Below, piece after piece: positions 47,655 to 59,296 of a DNA stretch of 64,000 nt. The position numbers were made by a program, and so were the translations under genes. Within the stretch, counting starts at the first letter, position 1. Each line of letters starts with the position of its first letter. The stretch is from Saprolegnia diclina VS20. Lineage: Eukaryota. The notes under the pieces were generated by a model, which saw nothing but the letters and a program-made list of their open reading frames with translations, had not been told where the DNA came from and ran no database searches. The stretch covers positions 288,255 to 352,254 of the forward strand of contig NW_008246116.1 in the NCBI RefSeq assembly GCF_000281045.1. The letters are read 5' to 3'.

Positions 47655-50600
47655 ATGTTTGGCCGGTCCAAGGTGCAAGAGCTCACGAAGAAGCCGTCGA
47701 GCATCACGGTGGGGAAGCCGGCGCTGGCCAAGAAGGCGACCGACGGACCGCGGAAGCCCGTCCACGCGCTCGGGGTCGATGCCATGCACCTCCAGGTAGC
47801 CATCATCCCGAGCTCAGGAGCATGATGAGGCGTAGCCTGGCGCGCGGGTGTGGGTCCCGGACAGCAAGGAGCTCTGGCGTGTCGGCGAGATCGAGACGCT
47901 TCTGCCCGATGGCAGCGCCAACGTCTTCGTCCCCGACAGCCCTGACGACAAGCACCAGGTACATCCTCCTCTGCCGGAAGCGCGCGATGGCATGCGTTGC
48001 AGGTCGTGGCGACGGCAGCGATGCTCGCGTTTGACCCGTCGCACTTGGTGGACCACACGGACATTGCGCAGATGAACAATATGCACGAAGCGCCACTGCT
48101 GAGCGTGCTCCACCGGCGGTACCTCGCAGACGCGATCTACACGTTCACGACCGACATCTTGATCTCGGTCAACCCGTACAAGAGCATTCCGCTGCTGTAC
48201 GACGTCATGGGCTTTATGGAAGCCACCAAGTCGCAAGCCGACTGCGAGATCAAGAAGCCCCATTTGTTTACGATCGCCGAAAAGGCCTACCGGGACATGC
48301 GCAACGCGCGGTGTGGCGAGACGAACCCGCAGTCGATCGTTGTGAGCGGCGAGAGCGGTGCGGGCAAGACCGAAGCGTCCAAGCACATTATGAAGTACCT
48401 CGCGGTTGCGAGCAAGCTGGCCGAGGGTGGAAAGACGTCCAAAGCCGACGCGTCGCTGCACGAGAAGATCGAGGAGTGCGTCCTCCTCTCCAACCACGTC
48501 CTCGAGTCGTTTGGGAACGCCAAGGTACACGCGCTTATGGACATTGATGTGTCGATATGAGTGGTAGACGTCGCGCAACGACAACAGCAGTCGCTTTGGC
48601 AAGTACATTCAGATCCTCTACAACGGCGACGGGCGCATGAACGGCGTTGCCATCAAACACTTTTTGCTCGAGAAGACGCGGATCGTGGCGCCCGAGACTA
48701 ACGAACGCAACTACCACGTCTTTTACCAGGTACACCACAACTGCAATCTCGAAATGCAATATCAAAGTGCAAACTCAAAGTGCAACCTTGTTAAATATTC
48801 TGATGGGACTAGATGCTTGCCGGCTTGGATGCGAACGAACGGGCCGCGCTCGAGCTCCAGGATGCAGCCCACTACAACTTTTTGACGTACGGCAACTGCC
48901 TCGAGATCGACGGCGTCGACGATGCGAGCGACTTTCGTGTGCTGCGCGCGTCGATGACGCAGCTCGGCTTTGCGCCGTCGACGCAACAAGAGATCTTTCA
49001 GGTGCTCGCGGGTGTCCTCAAGCTCGGGAATGCGCGGTTTTCCCTTCGCGCCGACGACCGCGAAGCGTGCCAGTTTGCCACGAGTGCGTCGTCGCGTTTG
49101 CCGCTGCTAGACTCATGCTGCTACATAGACGTCCCTGTCGCCAAGATTGCGGGGTTGTTTCGCGTCGCGGCCGACGAGCTCGAGGACAAGATGACGACCC
49201 AAACAACGGTGACGGGTCGCGGCTCGATCCTCCGCATCAAGCTTTCGTACACCGTCTTCATTGGGTGAGCATAGGTTGATGGCTGTGGCGTAGGTGCGAC
49301 CAAGCCGAGGTCGCCAAGCAAGCGTTATGCAAGTATCTCTACGGCGAGATCTTCAACTACATCATCAGCCGCCTCAACGCCATGTGCGGCGAGCACACCA
49401 AGCCTGGAAAGCACCCGTTCATTGGCATCCTCGACATCTTTGGGTTCGAGATCATGCCCACCAACAGCTTCGAGCAGCTCTGCATCAACTTTGCCAACGA
49501 GATGCTCCAACAGCAGTTTAACCGCCACGTCTTTGTCCTCGAGCAGGTACGTCTTGTTTTCACGCTATAAGTGCTTGAAGATACAACGCTTTATGCAGGA
49601 GCGGTATGCGTCTGAAGGCATCTCGGTCTCGGTCATCGAGTTTCAAGACAACCAGGCAAGGCAACTGGATTCTTTGAATCCAGATTCTGATGGCTGGTGT
49701 AGGAATGCTTGGACTTGATCCAGAAATCCCCCGCAGGAATCTTTCCGCTTTTGGACGAGCAAATCATGCTCAAGCGCAAGACCACGGACCGCCAGTTGCT
49801 CAACATCTATCACCAGGTCGACTGTGACGAGCCTGTGCACCGAGCACCACTGATCATGTATGATTAGACGCATCTGGACAAGCACCCGCACTACGCCAAG
49901 CCCCGATTTGAGTCGGATGATTTCGTCATCAAGCACTATGCGGGCGACGTCACGTACTCGGTCCACGGGTTTGTGTCCAAGAACACGGACAATCTCCACG
50001 AAGACTTGGTCGAGCTGCTTCGGACGAGGTAGTGTATATGTTTCCCGTCCGAGTCCAACACGAGCGTCCTGTAGCCAGTTGCCGGTGCTGAGCGCGATCT
50101 TTGCACCTGCCCCGCAGCCGATATCGTTGCGGCACTGCGAGAGCAGTGGCACGCCGACACACCGGCGCCAAGTGAGCGTCGCCCTCGTCGGGTCCAACAC
50201 GGTTGCGAGCAAGTTTCGAACACAAGTATTCTATCAATTTATCGACTTGGGGAATTGATGTTTGGTAGCTCACGGGGCTCATGGAGATGCTTGGCAGCAC
50301 GACGCCCCACTACATCAAGTGCATCAAGCCCAACAACATCAAGTTTGCCGGCGGCTTTAGCTCGCAGCTCGTGCGCGATCAGCTCGTCTACGGCGGCATT
50401 CTGGAAGTCATCAAGATTCGACAGCAAGGGTACCCGATCCGCCGGTACCGTGGCCTCGATTTTTGTCCGTGGATACCATTCTTGATGTTGGAGTAGACCC
50501 TTTAACGACTTTTATCAAACGTTTGCGATGCTGTTGCGCGGCCGACGTCGCGCCGAGGGACCGGCCACAGACACGATCGAGCTTGTCCGGTCGATCTGCG

Positions 50601-53600
50601 AGTCGTCGCTGCTGCCGAATGCCTTCCAGATTGGCAAGCGCGAGGTATCTTTGCAAAGTGCCTCGAAGTCATCGCTGCATGCGTTCGTAGGTGTACCTGC
50701 GTTACGGGCAGCTCGAGCTGCTTCAGTCGGTCTTGACTGGTATCAAGGGCGAGATCGCAACCGTGCTGCAGTCCAAGTTTTGGCGTTGCCACTCGCTTCG
50801 CAGACGGTATCAGCAACTTCGCACTCGCGTCATTACGCTCCAAGCCAAGTGGCGTCAGCGAGCGGCCACCAAGTCGTACGCGGCCCTGCAGCACTATACC
50901 CGCAAACTTCAGGTTGAACTATGTGACGCCAGATTGCACTTGCAAAATGATATGTGACGCAGGCGAATCGACGCTGCAAGACGCTTTTGCGCCTGTACGC
51001 GCGCAAACAAGCAGCCGCGATCCGGCTGCATGCGATTGCTCGGGGCTTTGCCACTCGCCAGTACGCATGCCTAGTTTGTGTCTCGGGAAATGAAACGTAT
51101 GACGTGGCAGGCGCCTGGTGCGGCAGGCCAAGATGCAGACTGCCGCGATTGCAATCCAGCGTATTGCACGAGGATTTCTTCAGCGCACCAAGGCCGAGCG
51201 CGCGCTGCGCTGCCGCATCAACAGCGCGGTGACCCTCCAAGCGCGCTTCCGGGGCTACCTCCAGCTCCGCCGCTTCCACCGCATGTACGAGTCGGCCGTG
51301 ACGATCCAAGCGCTGTTCCGTGCGCATCGCAACCGCCAGCAGTACCTCCGTGGCAAGGTACCGTCCTCTTGTTCCGAGAAAGGCCAACACGTCGCAGGCT
51401 GCGATGGTGGCGTCCCAAGCGCTCATCCGCAAGATTCTGCAGCGGAAGCGCTTCATGCACCAGCGCCGCATGGTCATTCGTCTTCAAGTACGTCACCAGC
51501 CTCCTCAAGAGTACCCTATACAGGCTGCGATGCTAGGCGTTTGCTCGCATGGTGCCGCCGCGAGGTCGCTACAGTCGCCTGCGCACCGCAACGGTGCTCG
51601 TGCAAAGCTTACGCCGCGGCTACACCCAGCGGCGCCGGTACCTCGCGCAGCAGCACGCCCGTGCCACGTTGCGGTCGCACCTCGTCATGTATGTGCACAA
51701 GCGACGCTTCCGCGTGCTCCGTTGCAGCACAATCCGCATTCAGGTATCAAGCTAGAGACGTGTGGTGATGGTGCAGCATGGTTTGTAGCGTGCGCTGCGT
51801 GTGTACTTGAGCCGTCGCGCGTATATTCACGCTCAGCGAAGTGTGCGCAAGCTCCAACGCACCGTGCGGGCCTATTTGCGCCGTCGCCGTCTCGCCATAA
51901 TGCTCCAGCACCTTCGCGACGCTTGTGTCCGGCGCGACGCGGATGCTGTGATCCTGGCGCTACGTCTCTCGCCCGAATACATTTACATCCGACACAAGGC
52001 CGCCGAGATGCGGTCGCTTCTTCACGTTGCCGCGTGCGCCGGCGACTTGAACGTCGTCAAGTACATTTGCTTGCACGCCCTCGAGACGCTCCATGCGCGC
52101 AACGCAGCGGGGCACATGCCGCTTCATGACGCGTGTCTGGCGTCGCGCTTGGACGTGGTCAAGTTTCTCGTTGCCTTCGCCGCCGAGAAGGCGCCCATGG
52201 ATCCCGCCTTTGACGACGGCGACGAACGAGGCATGACCGACAGCCGCCGTCTCCGCGAAGCGTCCAAGTCGTACATTACGAGCGCGGTCGATGCCAATGG
52301 CGTCACGGTGCACACGGGGTTCCTCAAGAAGCGCCGCGAAGCTTCGCGCTGGTCCAAGCGCTTTGTGGCCCTTCGCAACACGCACAATGTACCCGAACTG
52401 CACTATTTCAAGTCGAAATCGCAGACCAAGAGGTCGATTCAACCGTCAAATGTGATATGGTATCGCATTCGATGTGCGTAGTGACAAGGTCCTCGACATG
52501 CGCAAAGCGCTTTTCAAGAAATGCGCCGACATTCCGTTTGCGTTTGAAGTGCACTCGCCCGAGCTCCTCGAAGGGTATAGTAAGGGACAAGCAAAGATTT
52601 GTTTCCTTAGTCGTCGACATAGACGCAACCGCGAGGGCCGACTTTACTTTCAGGCCGAGAGCGAACTCGAGCTCCAAATGTGGCTCGCCTGCCTTCGCGA
52701 CACCGTGCCCACAAGTCTCGAGCACCGGTAGTGGATACGACTTTGCACTTGGCCTTTCTGAGTTTGCACTTGTAGGCTCTTTGCGATGCAGCGTTCAAGC
52801 GCTAGCATGCACTTTGTGAGTCGGTCGCAGCAGCAAGCGTGGTGCAACGTGCCGACGCGCGACGGCGAGAGTCCGCTGCACCTTGCGGTCCTTGGCAAGA
52901 CGACAGCCGACCCGCGGGATGCTGTGAAAGCCGCGTTGTGGTTCCTTGAGAACACGGCGTCGGTCGACAAGCTGCCATCATCGCGCAAGAAGTCACTTAA
53001 ACAAGTGATTCAAGAAACGAACCAAGTCCTCTCACCGCTTCTAAGCCCGACGACAAAGCTCGACTCGGCCGAAATCGACGCCATCAAGCTAGTGCTCTGG
53101 CTCGTCGAGCACGGTGCTGACATGAACCGCATCTCGAGCCTCGCCAAGAAGACACCACTCAAGCTTGCAATCGAGCGCAACTACCACACGCTCGCCAAGG
53201 TACAGTCTTCATACGTTCAATGTCTCAAGGGGATATGTAGTTTTTGCTGGATCGGGGTGCAACGACGGCCGAGCTCTCGCCGTTCGAGCTCACTGTCGTC
53301 CAGTCGCTCAAAGCCGAGCTGGCCAAGATTGTCGTCACGAGCGTTCAGTCGAGCGCGTCGAAGAAAGGCGAGACGCCCATGGTCTTCCTCATGAAGCAGC
53401 CCGGCCTCGTGCGCCACAGCTCGTACCTCTCGGTCTACGTCGAACAGATCGGCTTGCCAAACGCCCAGCACCTCTCCCGTCCGCGCGTCATTGTCTCCGT
53501 CTACGGTACACACATCTATCGTGGTGCACATGGCTGAGGCGAACGCCAGACGTATCGAAAAACTTGATTGAGAAGAAGCAGCTCGTGACGTGTCTGCCGC

Positions 53601-53954
53601 TGGCCCAAACGTCGCTGCTCTACTATGGCTTTACCTGGTTCATGCAGACGCCGTTCGAGAACCTCCCATCTGGTACACGTATAACTCGAGCACAGTATCT
53701 TGATTGTCTTGCCAGGAGCGTTTATCGTGTTCGAAGTCCAAGCCGCGTCCAAGCTCGCAGACGACATGCCGAGCTCGCCCAAGTTCAACGAGACGCAGGA
53801 CATTTGCTGGACGTTCATTCACATTGACCAGCGCTCAACGACGACGTGCGCGCTCAACGCCGAAATGTACGCGCACCCGGTCGACCTCAAGTTCAAGAAG
53901 CTCCAGCGCTTTGACGCGTTCATCTCCGGCGACATCTCGGTCCTCCACGGCTAA
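47655..53954 (+). CDS. Unconventional myosin: motor, many IQ motifs, ankyrin-PH-ankyrin and C-terminal Aida-type C2 domain (class XXXI-like)
   Basis: [55 protein letters not shown] repeats; ankyrin SLLHVAA/PLHDAC/PLHLAV; PH HTGFLKK...ELQMWL; C2-like [13 protein letters not shown]...EMYAHPVD; about 20 introns. Confidence 0.93.
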
Positions 53955-54132
53955 GACCTTCCTTCATATATGAATCTCTCTACGATTTGCTTGCATATTC
54001 TATATGTCATTCATGGATCAGCTGTGTCTCGGTCTGCACGGGAGCGTTGAAAGATTGAAGGTTGAATGATTGATATGGACAACGTTTACCAACTAGAGTC
54101 GACCACGCTCGCGTCGGAGCTCTATCCGAGCG

Positions 54133-56104
54133 CTAGACGGTGCTGGCGACGGGAGGACCGAACCGCCCGATGGTCGAGAACCAAGTTGAGAAGCCAATCG
54201 CGGCCAAAAGAACGGCGCTGAGCGACACAAAGACGAGCGTCCTAAAGGCGTGCGGGTCGGCGAACGCGATGCTCACGAGGAGCATGCCGATGTAAAAGAG
54301 CTTGGTCGTCGCGCTCTGCATCGCATTGATGGTGCCGCGGCGCTGGACTTCGACCCACTCTTGCATGATCTGCGTCTCGGCAAGATCCGCGCTCCAGAGC
54401 CACGCGCGCGAGAGGAGCACGGCCACGATCATGACGTAGTCGGTGATCTGCACCTGCCCAAACAGGAGAAAGGACGCACCGACTGGCAGTAGCGTGAGCC
54501 AGAAGAGCCAGACGCTCACGACAGCGACGCGCTCGACGCTGCCAATTCGTTGCACAAGCAGCGGAAACAGCAGCGTGCCGAGGAGACCAAAGAGCGCGCC
54601 AAGACCCGACGTGGCACCTAAGCATATTCCATCGAGGTGAGAGAGCTCTCCAAATGAACAGAGAGGAGAGTGTACCGAGGAGGGAGAGCGCGACGCCGCG
54701 CCATTGCAAATACGCAATGTTGAGGCCGCTGCCCGAGAGCACCGTCATGTAGAGTGCGCAGTAGGCAAAGGAGACGAGAAACGTCGGGTGGGCTGCGTAT
54801 GCTGCCCACATGGACGTGTACTGGCGCAGCGACAAGGTGGCTTTCGGCTTGGCGCTCTCAATGTGCGACGAGTTGGCGAGCGCTGGCACGAGCGCATAGA
54901 CATCTCGCACCATGGCGTACTCGAGTGGCGCCGACATCAAGTTCCAGACACCGACCGCCGCCGCCCCTATGTCGCGATTCGAGAAGGGAGCGTAGATTGT
55001 AGAGGGAAATACCAACGGTCGCCCGGGTCATGGGGTCGGAGCCGGCATAGTCCATGAGGATACCAAAGGCCGCCGGCGCGAGCAGCTTGCATGAGAGGTC
55101 GATGCGACGCATCGTCGTGTTCCAGTCGCCGAGGCGCGTCGACGTCTCGGTCGCAATGACGACGACCCAGTCCTTCTCCAGCGACAGCGTCTGCGCGTCG
55201 CTAAACACTTGGCCGACCGCACCGAGTGCGATCGTGCACCCAAACAGCAATGTGAGCGGCCACGTCCAATTCCACTGGAGCCTAGTGGCAGGTGGCAACA
55301 CTGTGATTGGCTGTAGAAAGTGCAATTTCATACGTGGCAGCGCCATGAATGAGATAGAGCATGCAACCGAGCGTGCCGGTACTGAGCAGCACACACGCGT
55401 TCTCAACAACAATCGAGACGTTAAGGACGGTCATGCGGCTCGTGTGGTCGAGCCACTGCCCGAGCGACGGCACGGCGGCGACACCAATGACGTAGACGAC
55501 CTACGTCCGAAGATGACATCGCACAAAAAGAATCAGTTGCGTACTAGCGAAAAGACGGCGCTCGGCAGCAGCGTATTGACAAAGATCTCCATAAAGAGCA
55601 GTGGGATCGCAAACTGCCACATGCGATCGCCCTATATGATGGACACATTGTCATCTTTCGAAAAAACAGAAATTGGTATGTACCCAGGCCGACATGAAGT
55701 GGCTCGCATACATGTAGGCGTGAACACGGGCCGTGACGCATACGCCCTTTCCATCAACGAGCCGCGACGTCGGCCTACCGGTAGTCCACAAGCTAAGGGT
55801 CGTGACGTCGATGCAACAAGGCGTACGAGGACAAGAGTGCCCTCGCTTCGCTACTCGCCGCGCGGTGGTCGCGGCGGAACGCGAGGACGCAGTAGAGAAT
55901 TGGCAGCAAGGTCGCGGCGCCCACCATGGCCATCGGCAGCACAAATTCATTTGGCACAGGGCAGTCGTCGGGCGCCACGGCACAGCCTACAAACACAAGA
56001 ATGCTGTTGAATAGTCCTTGGTAAAGCTTCGTACCACCGCTGACGCTGAGGAGCGCGAGACTGGCGGCGCCAAGAAGCGCACCGATCCGAAGCGTCGCGT
56101 CCAT
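54133..56104 (-). CDS. SLC40A1: Ferroportin-family (SLC40/IREG) iron exporter
   Basis: YASHFMSAW/GDRMWQFA, LEKDWVVVIA, NTTMRRIDLSCKLLAP, LYMTVLS, SRAWLWSADLAETQIMQE; several introns. Confidence 0.92.
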
Positions 56105-56120
56105 CACTCGTCGACTTCAA

Positions 56121-56137
56121 CAAAATAGGAAAATGAA
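56121..56137 (-). promoter_or_regulatory. Oomycete INR/FPR-like core promoter element of the ferroportin gene
   Basis: Minus strand TTCATTTTCCTATTTTG, 17-33 nt upstream of the ATG, resembles the TCATTYY...WTTY initiator/flanking element. Confidence 0.55.
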
Positions 56138-56967
56138 CCGTCGTCGATTCACCAAAGCCAAGGAAATAATGGAACCTTTGCGACGCTGGACCGAAACGAG
56201 GCGACAACGGCAACCAGATGGTATGTCATGGGCTTCAATACATTTGTCTGCACCACTCGGCCTTTTGTTGGTTTGGACTCTTGTTTACCCTTCAACGCCC
56301 AGTGCAACTGCGCAGTCGACATGCCCAGATGCGATTGCTACTCGTGCAGCAGCAAGCGCAGATCCATACAAGGCTCACTGGATGCCACACGCGAAATCGG
56401 GACCTGCACTCTTGACGATTCCGCCGGCGCGCCTCTCTATCTGGGTTCAGAGAAGAGAGCGTCAGTTCAACGACCTGGGGTCGTGATGGCGCATTTTGAA
56501 GCACCCGTCAAGTTGTCCAGAGGTCGAGCTATACAATGTATACTAGTGGTAGTAGTAGGGACAGCGATGCTTTTGTACCGACGAAGGTGCCTGCGCTGTC
56601 ACGAGTAAAGACGTCAGCAGTGTCACTTTGACGCCAACGAAAAGGCTCAATCAAGGACGGCTTTATCTCAAGCATCATGCTCTGGTCCTACAGGCAGCAT
56701 CGGTTCTCACAACCACTCAGACGACCTGAACTCATACGACCTGAAGCCTGTCGGCCGGCCTCGAGTCTGGCCCGCAAGCCATGTCGATGCCACCGCCTCG
56801 CAGCTGTCACCAGCCCGAACACCGATGGGGCACGACGAACGAGGCCGCTGCCACGTGTGCTTACCACCGACATACTTGTCGCTAGCCACAGCCTGCAACA
56901 GCGACGCTCTGCCCACTTGTAGTGTCTTGGACGCAATGCAACACACAAAATATACATTCAATCCGCG

Positions 56968-57699
56968 TTAGGGGCGATAGTAGAACGTGTGGCCGTTCGG
57001 GCACATGTACTGTCCAGGTTGGCTGCCTGGCGGCATCTGGACGCGGGTCATGCACGACGGGCACTGGCGCATGACGATGCCGCCCGACGGTGCGCGCAAC
57101 GGCGGCGGCGCCGCGGCCGACGACGGCATTCGCAGCGTAAAGAGGTGGCCGTTCGGGCACTGCAGTGTCCCCCGCGCAGTCGAGCTCACAAGGCACCGGA
57201 TGCGGCACGCCGGGCACTCGACGATGACGTTGCTCGAGCCCGCGCCCTGGGCTTGCTGGCGTGCGCGCTCGGCGGCCGTCGGTGTGTGCGCGAGCGAGTG
57301 GCCGCAGCCCTCGCAGGCTTGGCCGCCTGTGCCGCGCTTGCCGCAGTTGGTGCAGCACGGGTGCGCCTTGGCGAGGCCAGCCGTCGGCTCGGGCCACTGC
57401 GTCTGCACCTTGCGGCAGATGGGGCACTTGGTCGCATTCGCCTCGTCGTGGTTGACGTTCTCAAGGAGGCAGGTAAAGTGAAACTTGTGGCCGCACTCGC
57501 CCGTAAAGATGGACTGCCCGAGCGACTCGAACTCGTCGAGGCAGATGGGGCACTCCTCTTGGTCCATGAGCAGCGTCACCTTGTGGGTCGTCTCTTGGGG
57601 CGTCGCCGCGGCCTTGGCCTCGGTCGCCACCTTGACCAGGAACGGCGCGGCCTCGCGCAGATCAATGTCGCTGTGCGACCGGACGAGCCGTGCTGCCAT
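56968..57699 (-). CDS. RING-H2 finger protein with three C-terminal zinc ribbons (paralog 1)
   Basis: CPICLD...CGHKFHFTCL...CPIC; CTNC...CEGC; CPAC...CPNGH; CPSC...CPNGH; intronless. Confidence 0.88.
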   Translation of the reverse strand: MAARLVRSHSDIDLREAAPFLVKVATEAKAAATPQETTHKVTLLMDQEECPICLDEFESLGQSIFTGECGHKFHFTCLLENVNHDEANATKCPICRKVQTQWPEPTAGLAKAHPCCTNCGKRGTGGQACEGCGHSLAHTPTAAERARQQAQGAGSSNVIVECPACRIRCLVSSTARGTLQCPNGHLFTLRMPSSAAAPPPLRAPSGGIVMRQCPSCMTRVQMPPGSQPGQYMCPNGHTFYYRP

Positions 57700-57952
57700 G
57701 GTCTCAAAACGGCAATCTCGGTGTCCCTTCTTGCCGCCTTTTTTATAATGCTCCACGCTACATACAAAACGTAAGCTATTTTTAATCGCTGGCTGCCGAG
57801 TCGTTTTCGCTTAGTCGATTTCCGACTAGGAATTACCCGACGCCGTTGGACACACCAAGTCTGGACAAGATGGACAAACGTACATATAATACCTACTAAT
57901 ACACGACAGTGGGCCAAAGACCTTCTTGCGCCGATCGGTGAGCTGGCCGAAC

Positions 57953-57977
57953 TCTGCTATAAGATCTGCTATAAGAT
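57953..57977. repeat. 12-bp tandem duplication TCTGCTATAAGA x2
   Basis: Exact direct repeat seen in the intergenic region. Confidence 0.85.
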
Positions 57978-58448
57978 TGATGCTTGCCAGTCCGAGGGTA
58001 TCCGTTGCCGCCAAAAATCTGCGCCGAAGCACTTGTGGGGCGTCGCAGCATTACGTAGCAGGCACTCCTACCCAAGCGCAAGGTCGTCGCAGTGTGTGCA
58101 AGGCGCCCTCTACTGCTCGCTACGATTTCACTCTGCTCTCGCCACTTCTTGTGCTTTGCGTTCTATCCCACTACGCCAGATAGGACATATATGGTGTGGC
58201 CATGTGTCCTCGGCCTCGCTATCGCAGTGGTTTTACCGCGCCTTGCCAGCGCATACGCACGCACGTCGAAGTGTTCTTGGTCCAAGCAGCACATGGTTCG
58301 AACGAACGCAATCGTGCGATCTTGGCGGGGATCGAACCTCCGACCTCCAGCCGCCGCAACGTCGAACGCGAGACACCTATTCTATCTATATGTGCAGTGG
58401 TGTACTTACTAGGTATCGCTCGAGCAGCTCGCTCCACATGTATTAGCG

Positions 58449-59108
58449 CTACTCGCGGCCGCGTGGCTTGTAGTAAAAGGCGTGCTGGCGGGGACAAACG
58501 TACTGCCCCGCTGGACTACCAGGTGGAATCTTGACGTCGGTGCGGCACATGGTACAGTGCACGGTGGCGGCGGACGTGGCGCGACTCCTCGCTGAGCTAT
58601 TGTTGCTCGAGACAGGCGCCACAAGGGCAAAGACGTGTCCGTTCGGGCACTCTACGCGACCTCGTGCGCGCGTGCTCACTAGAAACTGAACGTGGCACAC
58701 ATAGCACTGCAGCGCGACGTCGTCCGGCTCGAATGGCTGGCTTCGCGCCCGCGCGCGGGGCGTGTCGGCGAGCGAGTACCCGCAGCTGTGGCACCACGGA
58801 TCACCGACGCTACGGGTGCCGCAGTGTGTGCAGAACGGGTGGGCATTCGCGCGCCCGCGGGTCGGTGTCGGCCACTGCACTTGCACTTTGCGGCAGATGG
58901 GGCACTTGGTCGCGTTCGCTTGGTCGTGGTTGATGTTTTCGAGGAGGCAGCCAAAGTGAAAGGCATGGCCGCACTCGGCGGTGAAGACCGACTGTGCCGC
59001 GAGGTCGTCGAGGCAAATGGGACAAGTTGTCTTCGTCTCTGTCGACCTGCGGGTGCCGCGGCAGTCGGGTGCCACAGAGAGATGGCTCTGCGTTCGCGCG
59101 CGCCGCAT
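58449..59108 (-). CDS. RING-H2 finger protein with three zinc ribbons (paralog 2)
   Basis: CPICLD...FTAECGHAFHFGCLLENINHDQANATKCPICRKVQ is nearly identical to paralog 1; same ribbon layout. Confidence 0.85.
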   Translation of the reverse strand: MRRARTQSHLSVAPDCRGTRRSTETKTTCPICLDDLAAQSVFTAECGHAFHFGCLLENINHDQANATKCPICRKVQVQWPTPTRGRANAHPFCTHCGTRSVGDPWCHSCGYSLADTPRARARSQPFEPDDVALQCYVCHVQFLVSTRARGRVECPNGHVFALVAPVSSNNSSARSRATSAATVHCTMCRTDVKIPPGSPAGQYVCPRQHAFYYKPRGRE

Positions 59109-59296
59109 GAGAGCAATTGTCAACTGCGACCTTGCAGCATATCTTGTGTGCACCCAGTTGCAATTTTTGCCGTCGGAATTCCGGATTCTTATCCGGACAT
59201 TAGTAGTTAGTCGAAACCCACATAGTCGGCATTCGACTAAAGTCGACGTGGCCGCGACTTGTGGCTTGTTGTCGAGATTGCGAAGATCATCCAAGC

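Noticed and set aside
56105..56220. Iron-responsive element upstream of ferroportin
   Set aside because: No CAGUGN-loop hairpin is seen and the inferred 5'UTR is very short.
58323..58346. tRNA T-loop/B-box-like GGTTCGATCC on the minus strand
   Set aside because: The T-stem has mismatches and no acceptor, D or anticodon arms could be folded; at most a SINE/tRNA remnant. tRNAscan-SE would decide.
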